A stretch of DNA of 64,000 nt, taken from positions 8,866,001 through 8,930,000 of the forward strand of contig NC_083445.1 in the NCBI RefSeq assembly GCF_020745735.1, given 5' to 3'. A model generated the notes under the pieces. That model did no database searches. It was not told the DNA's origin and worked only from the letters and a program-made list of their open reading frames with translations. The DNA is from Hemiscyllium ocellatum (Eukaryota). This document shows, piece by piece, positions 50,701 to 62,399 of the stretch (the first letter of the stretch is position 1; each line of letters starts with the position of its first letter). The position numbers and the translations under genes were made by a program.

Positions 50701-53700
50701 GGGCTTTCTCCTCAATAAGAAGCCTGAGGAGAGGATAACTAGAGTACATCAACTTCCTGCTACCAACAGTCCAATTTCCAATGTACTCATACTCACTCCT
50801 TGATTTTCTTGTTGTGGGTTTCCTTGCCAAAGTCAAAGCTGCCTTTGGGAAGGTGCTGGATTAGGCCAAGCCTCTGTGCTATTCGAATCTGTTCTTCCTC
50901 TGTCAGCTGAGTTGCCAGGCGGGTCTGACTGGGTGTTGGGTGATAAACTGGAATTTGCACTTGTTCCTGAAATGCATGCAATTCATTTGTTAAGGAACAG
51001 TATGCAACAAGATTCCCAACATTTACTTCCTCCATCACTAATGCATAGTACCAGCACGGTGGGTATCATTTACAAGATGGACTGCAGCAACGAACCAAGT
51101 TTCTTGACAGTACCTTCCAAACCCTTGACCTTCACCACCTGAAAGGACACGAGTAGAAGACACATAGGAACATCACCACTTGCAAGACCGTTCCAAGCCC
51201 CACACCAACCTACTACCCCTTCAGTGTCACTAGGTCAAAGTCCCAGAACTTCTTTCCTAACAGAGGTGTAAATACCCCTCATTGACAGTGTCTGATCAGT
51301 AAAGATTAAATATTTTCCATTGGAAACAGGATATGGATGAAATTTACAGATTAGAAGTTGTCAGGAACAAGTGATTTGAGCTGTAGAGAGAATTGGAATT
51401 AGGTGAACATTTTAAAAGGGGCTTGGGCAGGTATTGGAGAATAAGGAACTTATAGGATTATGAAAATAAAAGCTTGAAAATAAGCTCCAAACGGTAATAC
51501 CCCTCCAAAGGGTTAGTACAGGGACAATAGGCAGAATGGCCTCCTTCAGTAATGTGAGTGAGTATCATTCCATTGTTTAGGGCAGCAACCCACTGCCTCT
51601 TTCCCAAAGATAATTAGCGATAGACAATATATTATGGCCTTACCATCAGTACTCTCATCCCAAAACTACCTATAGAAAAATATGGGGGTGGGGAAAGAAA
51701 CTAAGCCTCTCTTAGCCCACCCATCCAGTTTCTGAGGTTATTCACCTCTTTCGGGTCAAGAAGGGTCAATACCCAGAGTACATGGATTTAGGGTACAAGA
51801 AAACTTATTTTACTTAAAAAAAACAGTGAATGCACTATCCCAGAAGGTTATGCAAGTAGATTTATTATAACTTTTAATAGGGGAATGATTGCAGGCCTGT
51901 AGAGCTGTGGGACTGATTTGATAGCCTGTGTCAAGGCACTGGTACTGGTTCACTGGACTGAATAAACTCCCTTTGCGCTGAACTGTTCCATAATTCTACG
52001 GTAAAGTCTTCCAGAAAGCACCTGTCAGACAGAAAATACATCGCTGCTAAGATACCAGTTACACGGACCAAGAAAACCGGGAGGTTCAATTCTTGGTCAC
52101 ATCCGAGAGCTCAAGGGTTAGGAACTGGAGAGAGGGATTGAACAGAGGGGTTGGAAGGGGATGAGAAAAATGACGTCTAGACCTGGCCCTCTTCGCTCTC
52201 CAGTGCTTTTTTTTTTGTTTAAGGAGGGCCAATACACTCTTACAGAAGGGGCAATCTCCTGGTGTTCAATGTGCAGTGTATACGAATACTAGACATCTAC
52301 CAATAACAAAACATTCTCAGACCATCCAAGAAAAAAAGGGTATGAAATATCACAGGAACACCAATCGAGTAAGCCCACCAACGTTTCCCCAAATAACTCA
52401 GAATTCTCAGCTCCAAATTAGGTTGTAAATGCAGCAATGTGACTGAAAGTAGTTTCAATAGATTATTGAATTACTCAGGTGTTACCCAAAGCCACTCCTT
52501 TAAATAAAGTGCTTGTCAGCAAAGAGGATAGGCATTTAATTAAATGAAAGGAACCTCAAGTAATTGCACAGAAATCATTGCTTTCCTTATACTGCTCCAC
52601 CCTATATTGTGCGTGTCTCTCAGCTGTTTAATGTTCGGATTACAGCACTTGGAGTGTGTGTTGTTAAGCAACTGGATTGTGACATCTTCATCCTGTGCAA
52701 TGCTTTAGGCAAGCTGTGTTTTAATGAGCCTATCGTTGCGTAACACTCTGCTTTCATCCGTGCCCAGTTACTGTACTCACATGAACTGCTTGTTTTTTTT
52801 TACAAGGCTTTAACATTGGTAGAGTGGAAGCTGTGGTACAGAGGCAGCACTCTCACCTCTGAACCAAAGAGTTCATACAAGCCTCGAGTAGGTGTAGGCA
52901 CCCTGCCCCTCAAGCCTGCACCGCCGTCTGCCAGAATTGTGGCTAAGCTGATTGCAGCCTTAACTCACTTTTCAATCTAATCTCGATGGCATCTGAATGG
53001 GTATATGAATAGGAAGGGTTTGGAGGGATATGGGCCGGGTGCTGGCAGGTGAGACTAGATTGGGTTGAGATATCTGGCCAGCATGGACTAGTTGGACCGA
53101 AGGGTCTGTTTCCATGCTGTACATCTCTATGAGTCTATGACTCTATAACCTTGTGTAAAAATAATCCAATGTTCTTGCCCTCACCACTCTAAGAAAAAAA
53201 ATTCTACAGACCTGCAATCAGACAGAAAAATATTTCTCCTCGCCTTTATCATGAGAACTCCTTAACTTCTTTTAAACTGTCACCTAGTCCTAGTCTCTTC
53301 CACAAGTGGGGACATTGTTTCAGCATTCACTCTTCCAAGTCCCCTCAAGATCTTAACTCTTTTAATAAGATGACCTTTCATTCTTCTAAACTCGAATGGT
53401 TACCGGCCCATACTTTCCTCAACCTCTTCATAGCAGTTTACGTTAGGCTGAAGAAACCTCAATACGTAATCCTGACTGACATACCAGTCTTGAACTTAGT
53501 GTGTGCTGTCATGCCAGATAAGACATTAAACTGATACCTCTATTATTTTCTCCAATGATCGGGAACGATTCTGTAATCATTATTTGAAGAGAACATCTGA
53601 ATTGGGAGGGAAAAGCAAAGGAGTGGAGGATGCAAATGATTGAATCGCAAAAGCCTGCTCATCAGCTACAGCAATCAGTGCTTATTATGTAATACACTTA

Positions 53701-56700
53701 GACCCAAGGTCTGCAGTGAAACTATCAGAACGTTACAGCAGAATATGTAACTTGGTTTAAGAACTAATGTTCTTAAACTAAAAGATTGCACCACCTGATT
53801 CTGTCAAGCTCATACCCAGTGTATGCCTGTAAAGCAGACCCAGAGTACAGACACGACCAACAAACCAAAAGCTTACTGAAGTCGCTTTCCAGTATTTAAT
53901 TAATATTCTGCCAACTTAACATACAAGCATTTGGCCTCTTGGGTTTGGTCTGTCATTCACCAGATTATGCTGACCTTCTATCTCAAAGCCGCCTGAGGTT
54001 AAATCAGTTCCCCCTGATCTATCCCAGATATCTAGAAATCTACTGATCTCTGTTGTGAACATACCCAATGACGAAGTCTCCACAATCCACTGGTAAGAAA
54101 ACTCCAAAGATTCACCAGCCTCTGAGTGAAGAAATTCCTCCTCCTCTCAATCTTAAAGTGCCTGCCCTTTATTCAGAGAATGCTTTGCTTGTTTCAAGAC
54201 CTACGCCGCAACACCCTTGGGATGATTTGGAGATGCCGGTGTTGGACTGGGGTGTACAAAGTTAAAAATCACACAACACCAGGTTATAGTCCAACAGGTT
54301 TAATTGGAAGCACACTAGCTTTCAGAGTGACGCTCCTTCATCAGGTGATCACCCTTTGTACACCCTTGGGAAGTATCCTCCTGTATCTACCCAGTTGAGC
54401 CTCAAGAATTTTGCACGATTCAAATGGATCACCTTTCATTCTTCTAAACTCAAGAGAATACAGCTCAGTCTCCTCAATGTCACCTTGTAGAGCCGTCCTG
54501 CCAAATCAGAAATCAATCTGCAAAATCTCTGTTGCACTCCCTCAATGGCAAGCACATCCTTCCTTCAGTGAGGAGTCCAAAACTGTACAGAGAACTCGTA
54601 ATAACAACTCCATCAAGCTATTTCATCTACTTAGAATACAAGCAATGTGAAATACTGAATGTGCAAAAACTAACTACAAAACTTCCAGAATAACTCAATC
54701 TTTGGCTGCATTGGAACAAATAGCATCAGCACCAAGCACATTTGGAGACAAGTCAGGAGCACTAGGCCTCCAATTAAACTTAGGATCCTTGGGAAAGCCC
54801 ACCGGTGGTGCACTATCCCACATGTACCTGCTCTTATTGCATCGGAATTATTGGAGAGCACAGAACAGCAGACCATTTGGCCCACTGAACAGCCATCCAG
54901 TTAGTCCTCCTCCATTCTTTGTTTCCCTGAAATCTTTCTTCCAATTTATCCAATATTTATCCAAGTCCTTTTGAAGACACTGAACGTGCGCCTGCTTCCC
55001 TTTCAGGTAAGTATTCCTAATCCTGATCTCTTGTTGCATAAAATAAATTTTCCTTCAGTAACCTTTCGGTTTTATTTTCTTCCATGTGACACAGTCATCA
55101 CTAACAGATTGCGCATTTGCTACTCATGCTTCAACTGAGTAGTCCAGACCACAGGAAAGGACAACAGATTTCCTTCCCTAAAAGGACATTAGTGAATCAG
55201 AGTAGTCTTTATGATCATTCATGACATTTGGTGTGGTCACCATCACTGAGGCTAGTTTCACGACCATGACTGGCTAACTAAATTTAAGACTTCGCCAGGA
55301 TTTGGAAACACGCCCCCGGAACATTAGCCTGGCCTTCTGATTAGTCCATGATATTACCACTATGCCACCCCTATTCAGGGCCTCAAACAAAACGCCAGGT
55401 AATAGTGCTACTCAGTACACAGCAAGCATTAACACAGTCCTTGGTGAACAATCTATCTTACCAAATTAATATCAAGGTAAAACTTTAGTGCAATGAGTAA
55501 CAGTTGAGAGGATGAAACTTGTTTAGTGCTTAATAAAAAGCTAGCCTCCTGAACAAGTACTACAACTGTGAAAATGCCACTGTGAAAGCACCTTCAGTAA
55601 TTTCACCAGCCTGTCAGTCAACCTGTCTGCTTCTCACTTACTGCGCTCTGTTCTCTGTGAGCTCTTTTCCCTTTGTGCTCCTCCCGAATTCTGATCCTCT
55701 CTTTTTTACTCTCAGCCATGTTGCACTGTTTCACATTCTCACTACACCCGTGGCTGTCTCCCTCTCTCTTCTCTTTTGTGTGTTGCTCACTCTTTGGTCT
55801 CCTCTGGCTTTACTGCCTCGATTTTGTTCTTCTATAAGCCTGCTGTTATCTGTTATTGTAGCAATCCTGTCTGCAAAAGAAAAGCCACATGGTGATCAGT
55901 ATTGTGAGCCCGTGTGTTTTGTTGTAAAGTGCAGAAACAACATTCTCTGCACAGTAAACTTGGCTTTAATTTTTCTTTAAACACTTTTTGGACAGTGTTA
56001 CAGCAAGGGTACTTATCACCACAAGCTCCAAGTACAGTGAATTGCTACACGAGATCCAAAGTCTATTCGTATCCATCATCACCTTAGCTTGGCACCCATT
56101 TTACAGATCTCATCTCCACATGTGGCTCTTGAAAACACTGAACATTTCACAACAGCAACAGTCAGACCTCTCATGTCCATTAGGCCACACCATTAGAAAA
56201 CAAAACACAATGCAAGGATGTAAAGGTCATCATTGCTATTAGCATTCAGTCCACATTCCATAGCAGTCATTGCTGCCCTGGTGTTTGCGACATAAAAATC
56301 TCATGTGCCTCTGGAAGTTCAGGAATTTCTGTCAAATTACTTCCCAAAATATCAAAAACAGAACCAGAAACTCAGTAACACCCTTTATATGAGGAAGGAT
56401 TTAGAATTACTTCGGCAAAAAGTGCACACAGTGGTATCTTTGAAACCAGTGTTTGGTATGTGGTGAATCAGGTAGAACCCTTATCACGTTACTCAGTAAA
56501 GCATCATTCCCTGGAGTATTCCTCAACCATGGTACCATTCGGGATTGACCACAGCAAGTATGCTAGTTAACAGTGCCACTCAGTATTCAGTAAGTATTAA
56601 CTCAGCATTTGGGAAAAGTTGGATATTCACCAATGAAAGAGTGATGCATTACTAGACAGTTGAAAGGATGTCGACAGTTTCAATGCCCAAGAAAAAGGTA

Positions 56701-59700
56701 ATAGTTACACCTCAAAAGAATACTGAGTAAATGAAGCTGTTTTCATACAGGATCCTATCATTACTGGCAATTAGAGTTACATAACCAAGGGAAGTGGATG
56801 CAGTTAATCACTTGTGATCTATTCAAAATACAGAACAAGCACAAGTAGCTGAATGGGCTACTCCTGTTCTTACACTGTCCTCTTTCAACTTTCTAATCTT
56901 TTTATATTGAGAATGTTTCAAACAGTACCAAAATAGCTCAATAAAAAGTTCCAAATATACTCGATTTTTGTTCACTGCTCAAGTGCCTTTCTGCAAAATC
57001 CAACATTTGGAAAAAAAATTTAAAATGCCATGTCTCACCACTTCACAAATGCAGACCAAAGGAGTCCCAGATACTGCAGTAGCTGGGTCAGATCCAGCAT
57101 AATGTTCTTCTACTCAGACCCAACAACACTGCTTACCTCCACTCTCACAAATGCACCTTACAACAATGTCATTGTCTTTACACAAACACATGCATTTAAA
57201 GGCACAACTGAGGAAGGAAGGAACAGAAGTTTGATGATGATGGAGTTAGAGGAAGTTGGGCAACAGCATGTTTTGGTGGAGATTAGACGTTTTGATAATC
57301 ACATGAATGGCCAGATGATCCAATGTACCACACCATCAGAAATAGCTTGTCTACAACTACTTCACTGACTCAGATAAACAGGTTGATTATCATCACCCAC
57401 AACCGTAGAAACATAGGCAAACGCCATTCAATCTCTCAAGCTAGCTCCAACATTGAAATGGATCATTGCTATCTTCGACCTCGATGCCATTCTTGTGCTA
57501 TAAGCACATTCATTGACGTCATAGGATCTCTAGAAACCTTTCAATTTCTGTCTTGAACATATTCAATGATGAAGCTTATAAAGCCCTCAGGGTTGGACAG
57601 AATTCGAAAGATTCACTACCTTCTGTGTTAAGATATTCTATGGGCGGCGTAGTGACTAGCACTGTTGCCTCACAGCACCAGGGTCCCAGGTTCAATTCCT
57701 GCCTTGGGTGACTGTCTATGTGGAGTTTGCACATTCTCCCCGTGTCTGCGTAGGTTTCCTCCCACAGTCCAAAGATGTGCAAGTCAGATGAACTGGCCAT
57801 GCTAAACTGGCCATAGTGCTAGGTGCATTAGTCAGAGGGAAGTGGGTCTGGGTGGGTTACTCTTTGGAGGGTTGGTGTGCACTGGTTGGACCGAATGGCC
57901 TGTTTCCACACTGTAGGGAATCTAATCAAACCCAAAATATTCCACTTTGTCCTAAAATGGCCTTATTCTAAAACTGCTCGCCCGTAGTGAGACCCATCCC
58001 TAGGGGTAACATTCCTTCTACATCTGCCGGGTTGAATACTGCAAGGATCTTGTATGCTTCCACGAAAACAATATTCTATTCTTGAGGGACAACATGAAGT
58101 GGAAGTGGGTAGGAAAAAAGGAGGGATTATTTAAAACCTCCTTACAAACCACCCGAGGAATGCATAATTATTTTGTGAGCAAGGACATATCAAAATTGGT
58201 CTAACATACGAGGAACGGCTGAGGATCCTGGGATTGTATTCATTGGAGTTTAGAAGATTAAGGGGAGACTTAATAGAAACTTACAAGATAATACATGGCT
58301 TGGAAAGGGTGGACGCTAGGAAATTGTTTCCGTTAGGCGAGGAGACTAGGACCCGTAGACACAGCCTTAGAATTAGAGGGGGTCAATTCAGAATAGAAAT
58401 GCGGAGACATTTCTTCAGCCAGAGAGTGGTGGGCCTGTGGAGTTCATTGCCACAGAGTGCAGTGAAGGCCGGGACGCTAAATGTCTTCAAGGCAGAGATT
58501 GAGAGATTCTTGATGTCACAAGGAATTAAGGGCTACGGGGAAAATGCGGGTAAGTGGAGTTGAAATACCCATCAGCCATGATTGAATGGCGGAGTGGACT
58601 CGATGGGCTGAATGGCCTTACTTCCACTCCTATGTCTTATGGTCTTAAATTAATAAAACTCTTCAGAGTATTTGAATCCTTTATGGGTTTATACACAAAT
58701 TTAGGCTTGAGAACAATAATGAAGATAATTGGCCTGATCGAGAATAGAATTAGAAAAATATGTGGCTTGTATTGCTCTGAATGGAAATTGGCGAAGTTGA
58801 TGAAACAAAAACAGTAACTGATATGGAATGAACTCCTTTAGAGCAGAACAATTATTCACAAATATGGGCAGCACAGCAGCTCAATGGCTAGCACTCCTGC
58901 CTCATAACGGTGGGGCTGAAAGTTTGCATGCTCTCTGTGGCTGCATAGATTTCCTCCAGGCGCTCCAGTTTCCTCCCACAGTCCAAAGATGTGCAGGTTA
59001 GGTAGATAGGTTGGTTCTGCTTGAAATACTCTTCAGAGGGTCAGTGTGGACTGATGGGCTGAATGATTACTTCCACAATATAGGGATTCTATGGTACAAA
59101 TGAACTGTTAAAATTATCAGACTTGGTAGCCTGCTTTCTTCTCCAAGAGCAGCACGGTGGCACAGTGGTTAGCACTGCTGCCTCACAGCGCCAAAGACCT
59201 GGGTTCAATTCCCGCCTCAGGCGACTCACTGTGTAGAGTTTGCACATTCTCCCCGTGGATTTCCTCCAGATGCTCCGGTTTCCTCCCACAGTCCAAAAAT
59301 GTGCAGGTTAGGTGAACTGGCCATGCTAAATTGCCGGTAGTGTTAGGTGAAGGGGTAAATGTCAGGGGAAAATGTAGGGGAATGAGTCTGGGTGGGTTGC
59401 TCTTCAGAGGGTCAGTGTGGACTTGTTGGGCCGAAGGGCCTGTTTTCACATTGTAAGTAAACTAATCTAATATGGTTTCAAGCCTTTGATCACTTACTGG
59501 GAAAGTTCTGTTGAATCCACAGGCTCCTGTTGAGACACAGCTCCAAGAGAACTGATGACTCTTTCAAGTCTTGGCAAGCTAATGGACTGTGAAGTGCTTC
59601 ACACACAAACCCCATTCCATTCCTCTTTGAAACAAGGGTCAGAAGTAATGAACAGAAGCAGGAATCCTGCCTGTTTCTGCACAAATTTCACCCAAGAGAA

Positions 59701-61445
59701 CCACATCCAATACAAAAGCTGTCCAAGTTAGCTAGGAATCAAATATGGATCACCTATCCTCTTGGAATCACACCAACTGTCAAGTAAGCCTAAGGATGGA
59801 ATGACCCTTGGAATTTGTGATAGCATAAAACCCAATCTGATGCTCCAGTACAGTACTGAGTGTGCTGTATGCCAGCATGCCATCTCAAGAAAAGCTGTCA
59901 GATTAAAGCCTTGTGTACCCCCTCTGTGGACTCTAAATATCCTCTGGCATGATTCAAAGAGTAGGAGTGTTTGACCAATGTTGAACCTTAGAAACAAAGA
60001 TGATCTTATCAAGGTATTTATAGAAGCTTGCTGTGCTCAACCCTGTTCTCCTAAAATATAACAATCCCTACAAAAGCATGTAAACAGCTGTCTAGTACTT
60101 TGAAACCTGCATTACAGAAATGCAATCTTTTAATATGCTTTATTATTATTAAAGTTTTAAACAAAACTGTTTAGAACTACTTATACTAAACAAGTAATTC
60201 ATTTTTGCATTCTAGTTCAGCGTTTCCAAACTTTGAACTTTTTCCCCTACTCCGAACCCATTTTGAGGCTTTAAAATTGTAATGATGGCCTCTGTGAGGA
60301 CTATGACAACGAGGGCATGTTTGAAGCAGAAACTTTATAACTTTGGAAGAGCTCCAATGCTGGCTCAGAGCTTGCATCCCCAAACTGCAACCCATCTGGC
60401 AAAGGCACTGTATTTCAACTGCCACACTGGGAAGCCCAACTCCTGTTACTGTCAGTGAGCCTCCGAAGCACTATCATTGCAATGAGAAATTTATAGCAAC
60501 CCATTAACTCGTGTTTTCAAATACTGGATTGAGGGGTTACCAGCTAACGACAGCATACCTCCACAGTCAGTTGTGGTTCAGTGGAGTGTACTCTTACTGC
60601 TCAGTTAGAAAATTCGAGGTTCAAGTCTCACTGCAGTGAGATCAGCACAATAACTAAGGATGACTCTGCTACCATAGAGACAATAAGACAATGAAGTATC
60701 TTGCAGCATTCAAAGGAGGTCGTGAAAGGTGCTATGCAAATGCAACAAAAAAAAACTTTAATAAAATATTTTGGGGGTGCAAGGGGAGAGTGGAAACAAA
60801 CTATATGAAGTTTTATTTAGTTACAAATCTGGTCGGTATGGACGAGTTGGACCGAAAGGTCTGTTTCCATGCTGTATATCTCTATGACTCCATAAATGTA
60901 TTTATGAAGAATTCCACGCGGTACTAAAGCATGTTGTGAAAGGAGTTACATAAATACAAACACTTAAGTATTTTAACATTTCGGGGTGCAAAGGTTTCTA
61001 ATTTAGTTAAAAATGCTTGCACTAAGTGTCATGAGGTGCAAAGGGGGCTGTGAAAGGCGCTAATATTAATGCAAATACTCCTTGTCCACTTGGTAGTTGG
61101 GTAGCACAGATGTTGAGTACATGAAAGGTTCTATATAAGGCAATCAAAGGGGGCAAAACAGGCGCTACATGAGTGCACAAAATTACTTTCACTGGGATGC
61201 GGTCCCCAATTGTATTTAAATGCTTTTTTCCTTCTTCTGGCGGCTGCTATTGCCCCTTGTCCCTACACACCGACCTGGTAAAGCGGTGAAGGCGGCAGTA
61301 CGAGCAGCAAGCCCGGGGCCCGGGGCTCTGCATCCTGCGCTCCCTCCGCCGAGGCTTCCCCGCCGGCGGCCGCTCCGGCGTAGCTCGCCGAGTCATTCAG
61401 CAGAGAAATGTCATCGCCCGACTGCGACTTGAAGCAATTACCCAT
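44589..61445 (-). CDS. RNF11: RNF11-like RING-H2 E3 ligase/adaptor, complete 3-exon CDS: join(61445-61275,50966-50797,44760-44589), 513 nt, 170 aa
   Basis: MGNCFKS acylation N-terminus, DDISLL, YHPTPSQTRLATQLTEEEQIRIAQR, RING-H2 CVIC...PCMHIYH..C...W....TCPSC and C-terminal PVDAALLSSYETN. Orthologue versus paralogue status is uncertain. Confidence 0.93.
44880..47530 (+). mobile_element. Cluster of decayed CR1-type LINE fragments in RNF11-like intron 2
   Basis: RT motifs KSPGPD.LHPRVL (45710), CLNLIAFFEKVTKVIDEG.AMDVAYMDFSKAFDKVPH (47136-47265) and several CR1 3' tails. Confidence 0.85.
48630..50590 (+). mobile_element. Decayed CR1 LINE (RT region to 3' end) with nested younger insertions
   Basis: IFVSSLASGEFSENWRIANVVLLFK, KALDKVP, GSVLGP and DDTKIG remnants; interrupted by a young tail (49991-50123) and a Penelope hairpin (50181-50389). 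Confidence 0.85.
50181..50389. mobile_element. Young Penelope-derived inverted (hairpin) insertion with 15-bp TSD
   Basis: TSD AGCCAGGTGGTAGAG at 50166-50180 and 50390-50404; arms 50177-50262 and 50271-50356. Confidence 0.92.
50797..50966 (-). CDS. RNF11: RNF11-like exon 2 (EQVQIPVYHPTPSQTRLATQLTEEEQIRIAQRLGLIQHLPKGSFDFGKETHNKKIKE)
   Basis: Acceptor tttcAG, donor GA|GTGAGT; 170 nt. Confidence 0.96.
52987..53147 (+). mobile_element. Young HER1/CR1 3' tail fragment
   Basis: Matches 14660-14811; ends ctatgagtctatgactctat. Confidence 0.88.
54220..54350 (-). mobile_element. Second Penelope-type short repeat family carrying a minimal hammerhead-like motif
   Basis: Minus strand TCAC-CTGATGA-a-GGAG cgtca CTCT-GAAAGCTA-GTG; the same tail recurs at 62266-62340. 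Confidence 0.75.
57642..57928 (+). mobile_element. HE1-type tRNA-derived V-SINE
   Basis: B-box GGTTCAATTCC, V-domain gtttcctcccacagtccaaagatgtgc, CR1-derived tail. Confidence 0.88.
58198..58646 (+). mobile_element. Young CR1 LINE 3' fragment (second subfamily)
   Basis: Open RT C-terminus YSLEFRRLRGDLIETYKI...FFSQRVVGLW; tail cctatgtcttatggtctta. Confidence 0.92.
58866..59093 (+). mobile_element. Older HE1-type V-SINE, internally deleted
   Basis: tRNA-like head, V-domain, tail cagagggtcagtgtggact..gggctgaa. Confidence 0.82.
59147..59471 (+). mobile_element. Full-length HE1-type V-SINE
   Basis: A-box TGGCACAGTGG, B-box GGTTCAATTCC, V-domain, HER1-like tail ending (ctaat)n. Confidence 0.92.
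61275..61445 (-). CDS. RNF11: RNF11-like exon 1 (MGNCFKSQSGDDISLLNDSASYAGAAAGGEASAEGAQDAEPRAPGLLLVLPPSPLYQ)
   Basis: ATG at 61445 (AAAATGG), donor CAG|GTCGGT; 171 nt; in a CpG island. Confidence 0.92.
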
Positions 61446-61960
61446 TTTTGTTTTTTGACCTTGAGAGCTCGACTCATTCGAAATACAAGAGGTTTTAATT
61501 CCCACCCCCCTCCCAAAAAGAAAACATCAACCGAGCACCGATCTCGCGTCACCTTCCACTACATCAGCCGCCATTTTACTTCCAAGCCTTCTCCCTCCCC
61601 ACCTTTTCTCACACGAACCTGATAGATGCGGATTTGATTGACGTTCGTCTTCACCCAATCGCCGGCAAGGTTCGACAGGAGGGAACCAATCACAATCGAG
61701 AACAGGGCGCGGTGCGTCGGCGGGAGGGCAGTCTCTGGTCGCTTCAGCCGAACTTGCTCGCTGGTTTGAATGGACGCCTGGGGCTTTGCAAATTGGGGAC
61801 GGCTCCACCCCTCCGAGGACGGGAGGAGGCGGGGCGAGATGGGCGGGGCACACGTCAAATTGACAGCGACAACCGCCATTCACGGGCTAGCCCCCTGACC
61901 AGCCAATCAGCACCGACAAAAGGCGGGACCTGTCACTGTTGGGGGTGAAATGATGCTTGG
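61446..61960 (-). promoter_or_regulatory. CpG-island promoter/5'UTR of the RNF11-like gene
   Basis: CpG-rich 61230-61960; YY1 GCCGCCATTTT 61567-61577; CCAAT at 61655, 61686 and 61903; GC box GGGCGGGG at 61841; TGACG/CACGTCA half-sites. Confidence 0.85.
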
Positions 61961-62399
61961 ACATTGTCTTGAATGGACAACGTCAGAGGTAATGCTTGCC
62001 TGATTTTCACCATTACAGGTTCAACACCTAGCAGTGTTCAGACTTCATTCGTACTTGCAATCTCTCATTCCCCCCACCCCTTTCTGAAACTAAATTTTAA
62101 ACTGTAAACACTTAGATGTGAAATGACAGTACACACAACAAAATTCAATTCACCATACATTGCACTTTTGGGCACTTCAATACATCATAAATGTTTCCAA
62201 CATATCATAAGGGAGTTGGTTAACTCAGTTGGCTGAACAGCTCATCTGCAATACACAGAAAAGCCTGTTGGACTATTTTATCCCGGTGTTGTGTGATTTT
62301 TAACTTTGTTCACCCCAGTCCAACACCGGCATCTCCAAATCAGAAAAGCCAGCAGTGTTGATTCAATTTCTGCAGTGGCCGGGATTACCATGAAGGACC

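Noticed and set aside
55582-55980. 132-aa hydrophobic membrane-protein-like ORF
   Set aside because: Produced by CT-rich low-complexity intronic sequence; GTG start.
59147-59225. tRNA gene
   Set aside because: A/B boxes run straight into the V-domain and LINE tail, so this is a SINE head.
61446-61505. N-terminal extension of RNF11-like in the ORF track (MGIKTS...)
   Set aside because: Starts at GTG and would bury the Gly2 myristoylation site; a non-AUG isoform cannot be excluded but has no support.
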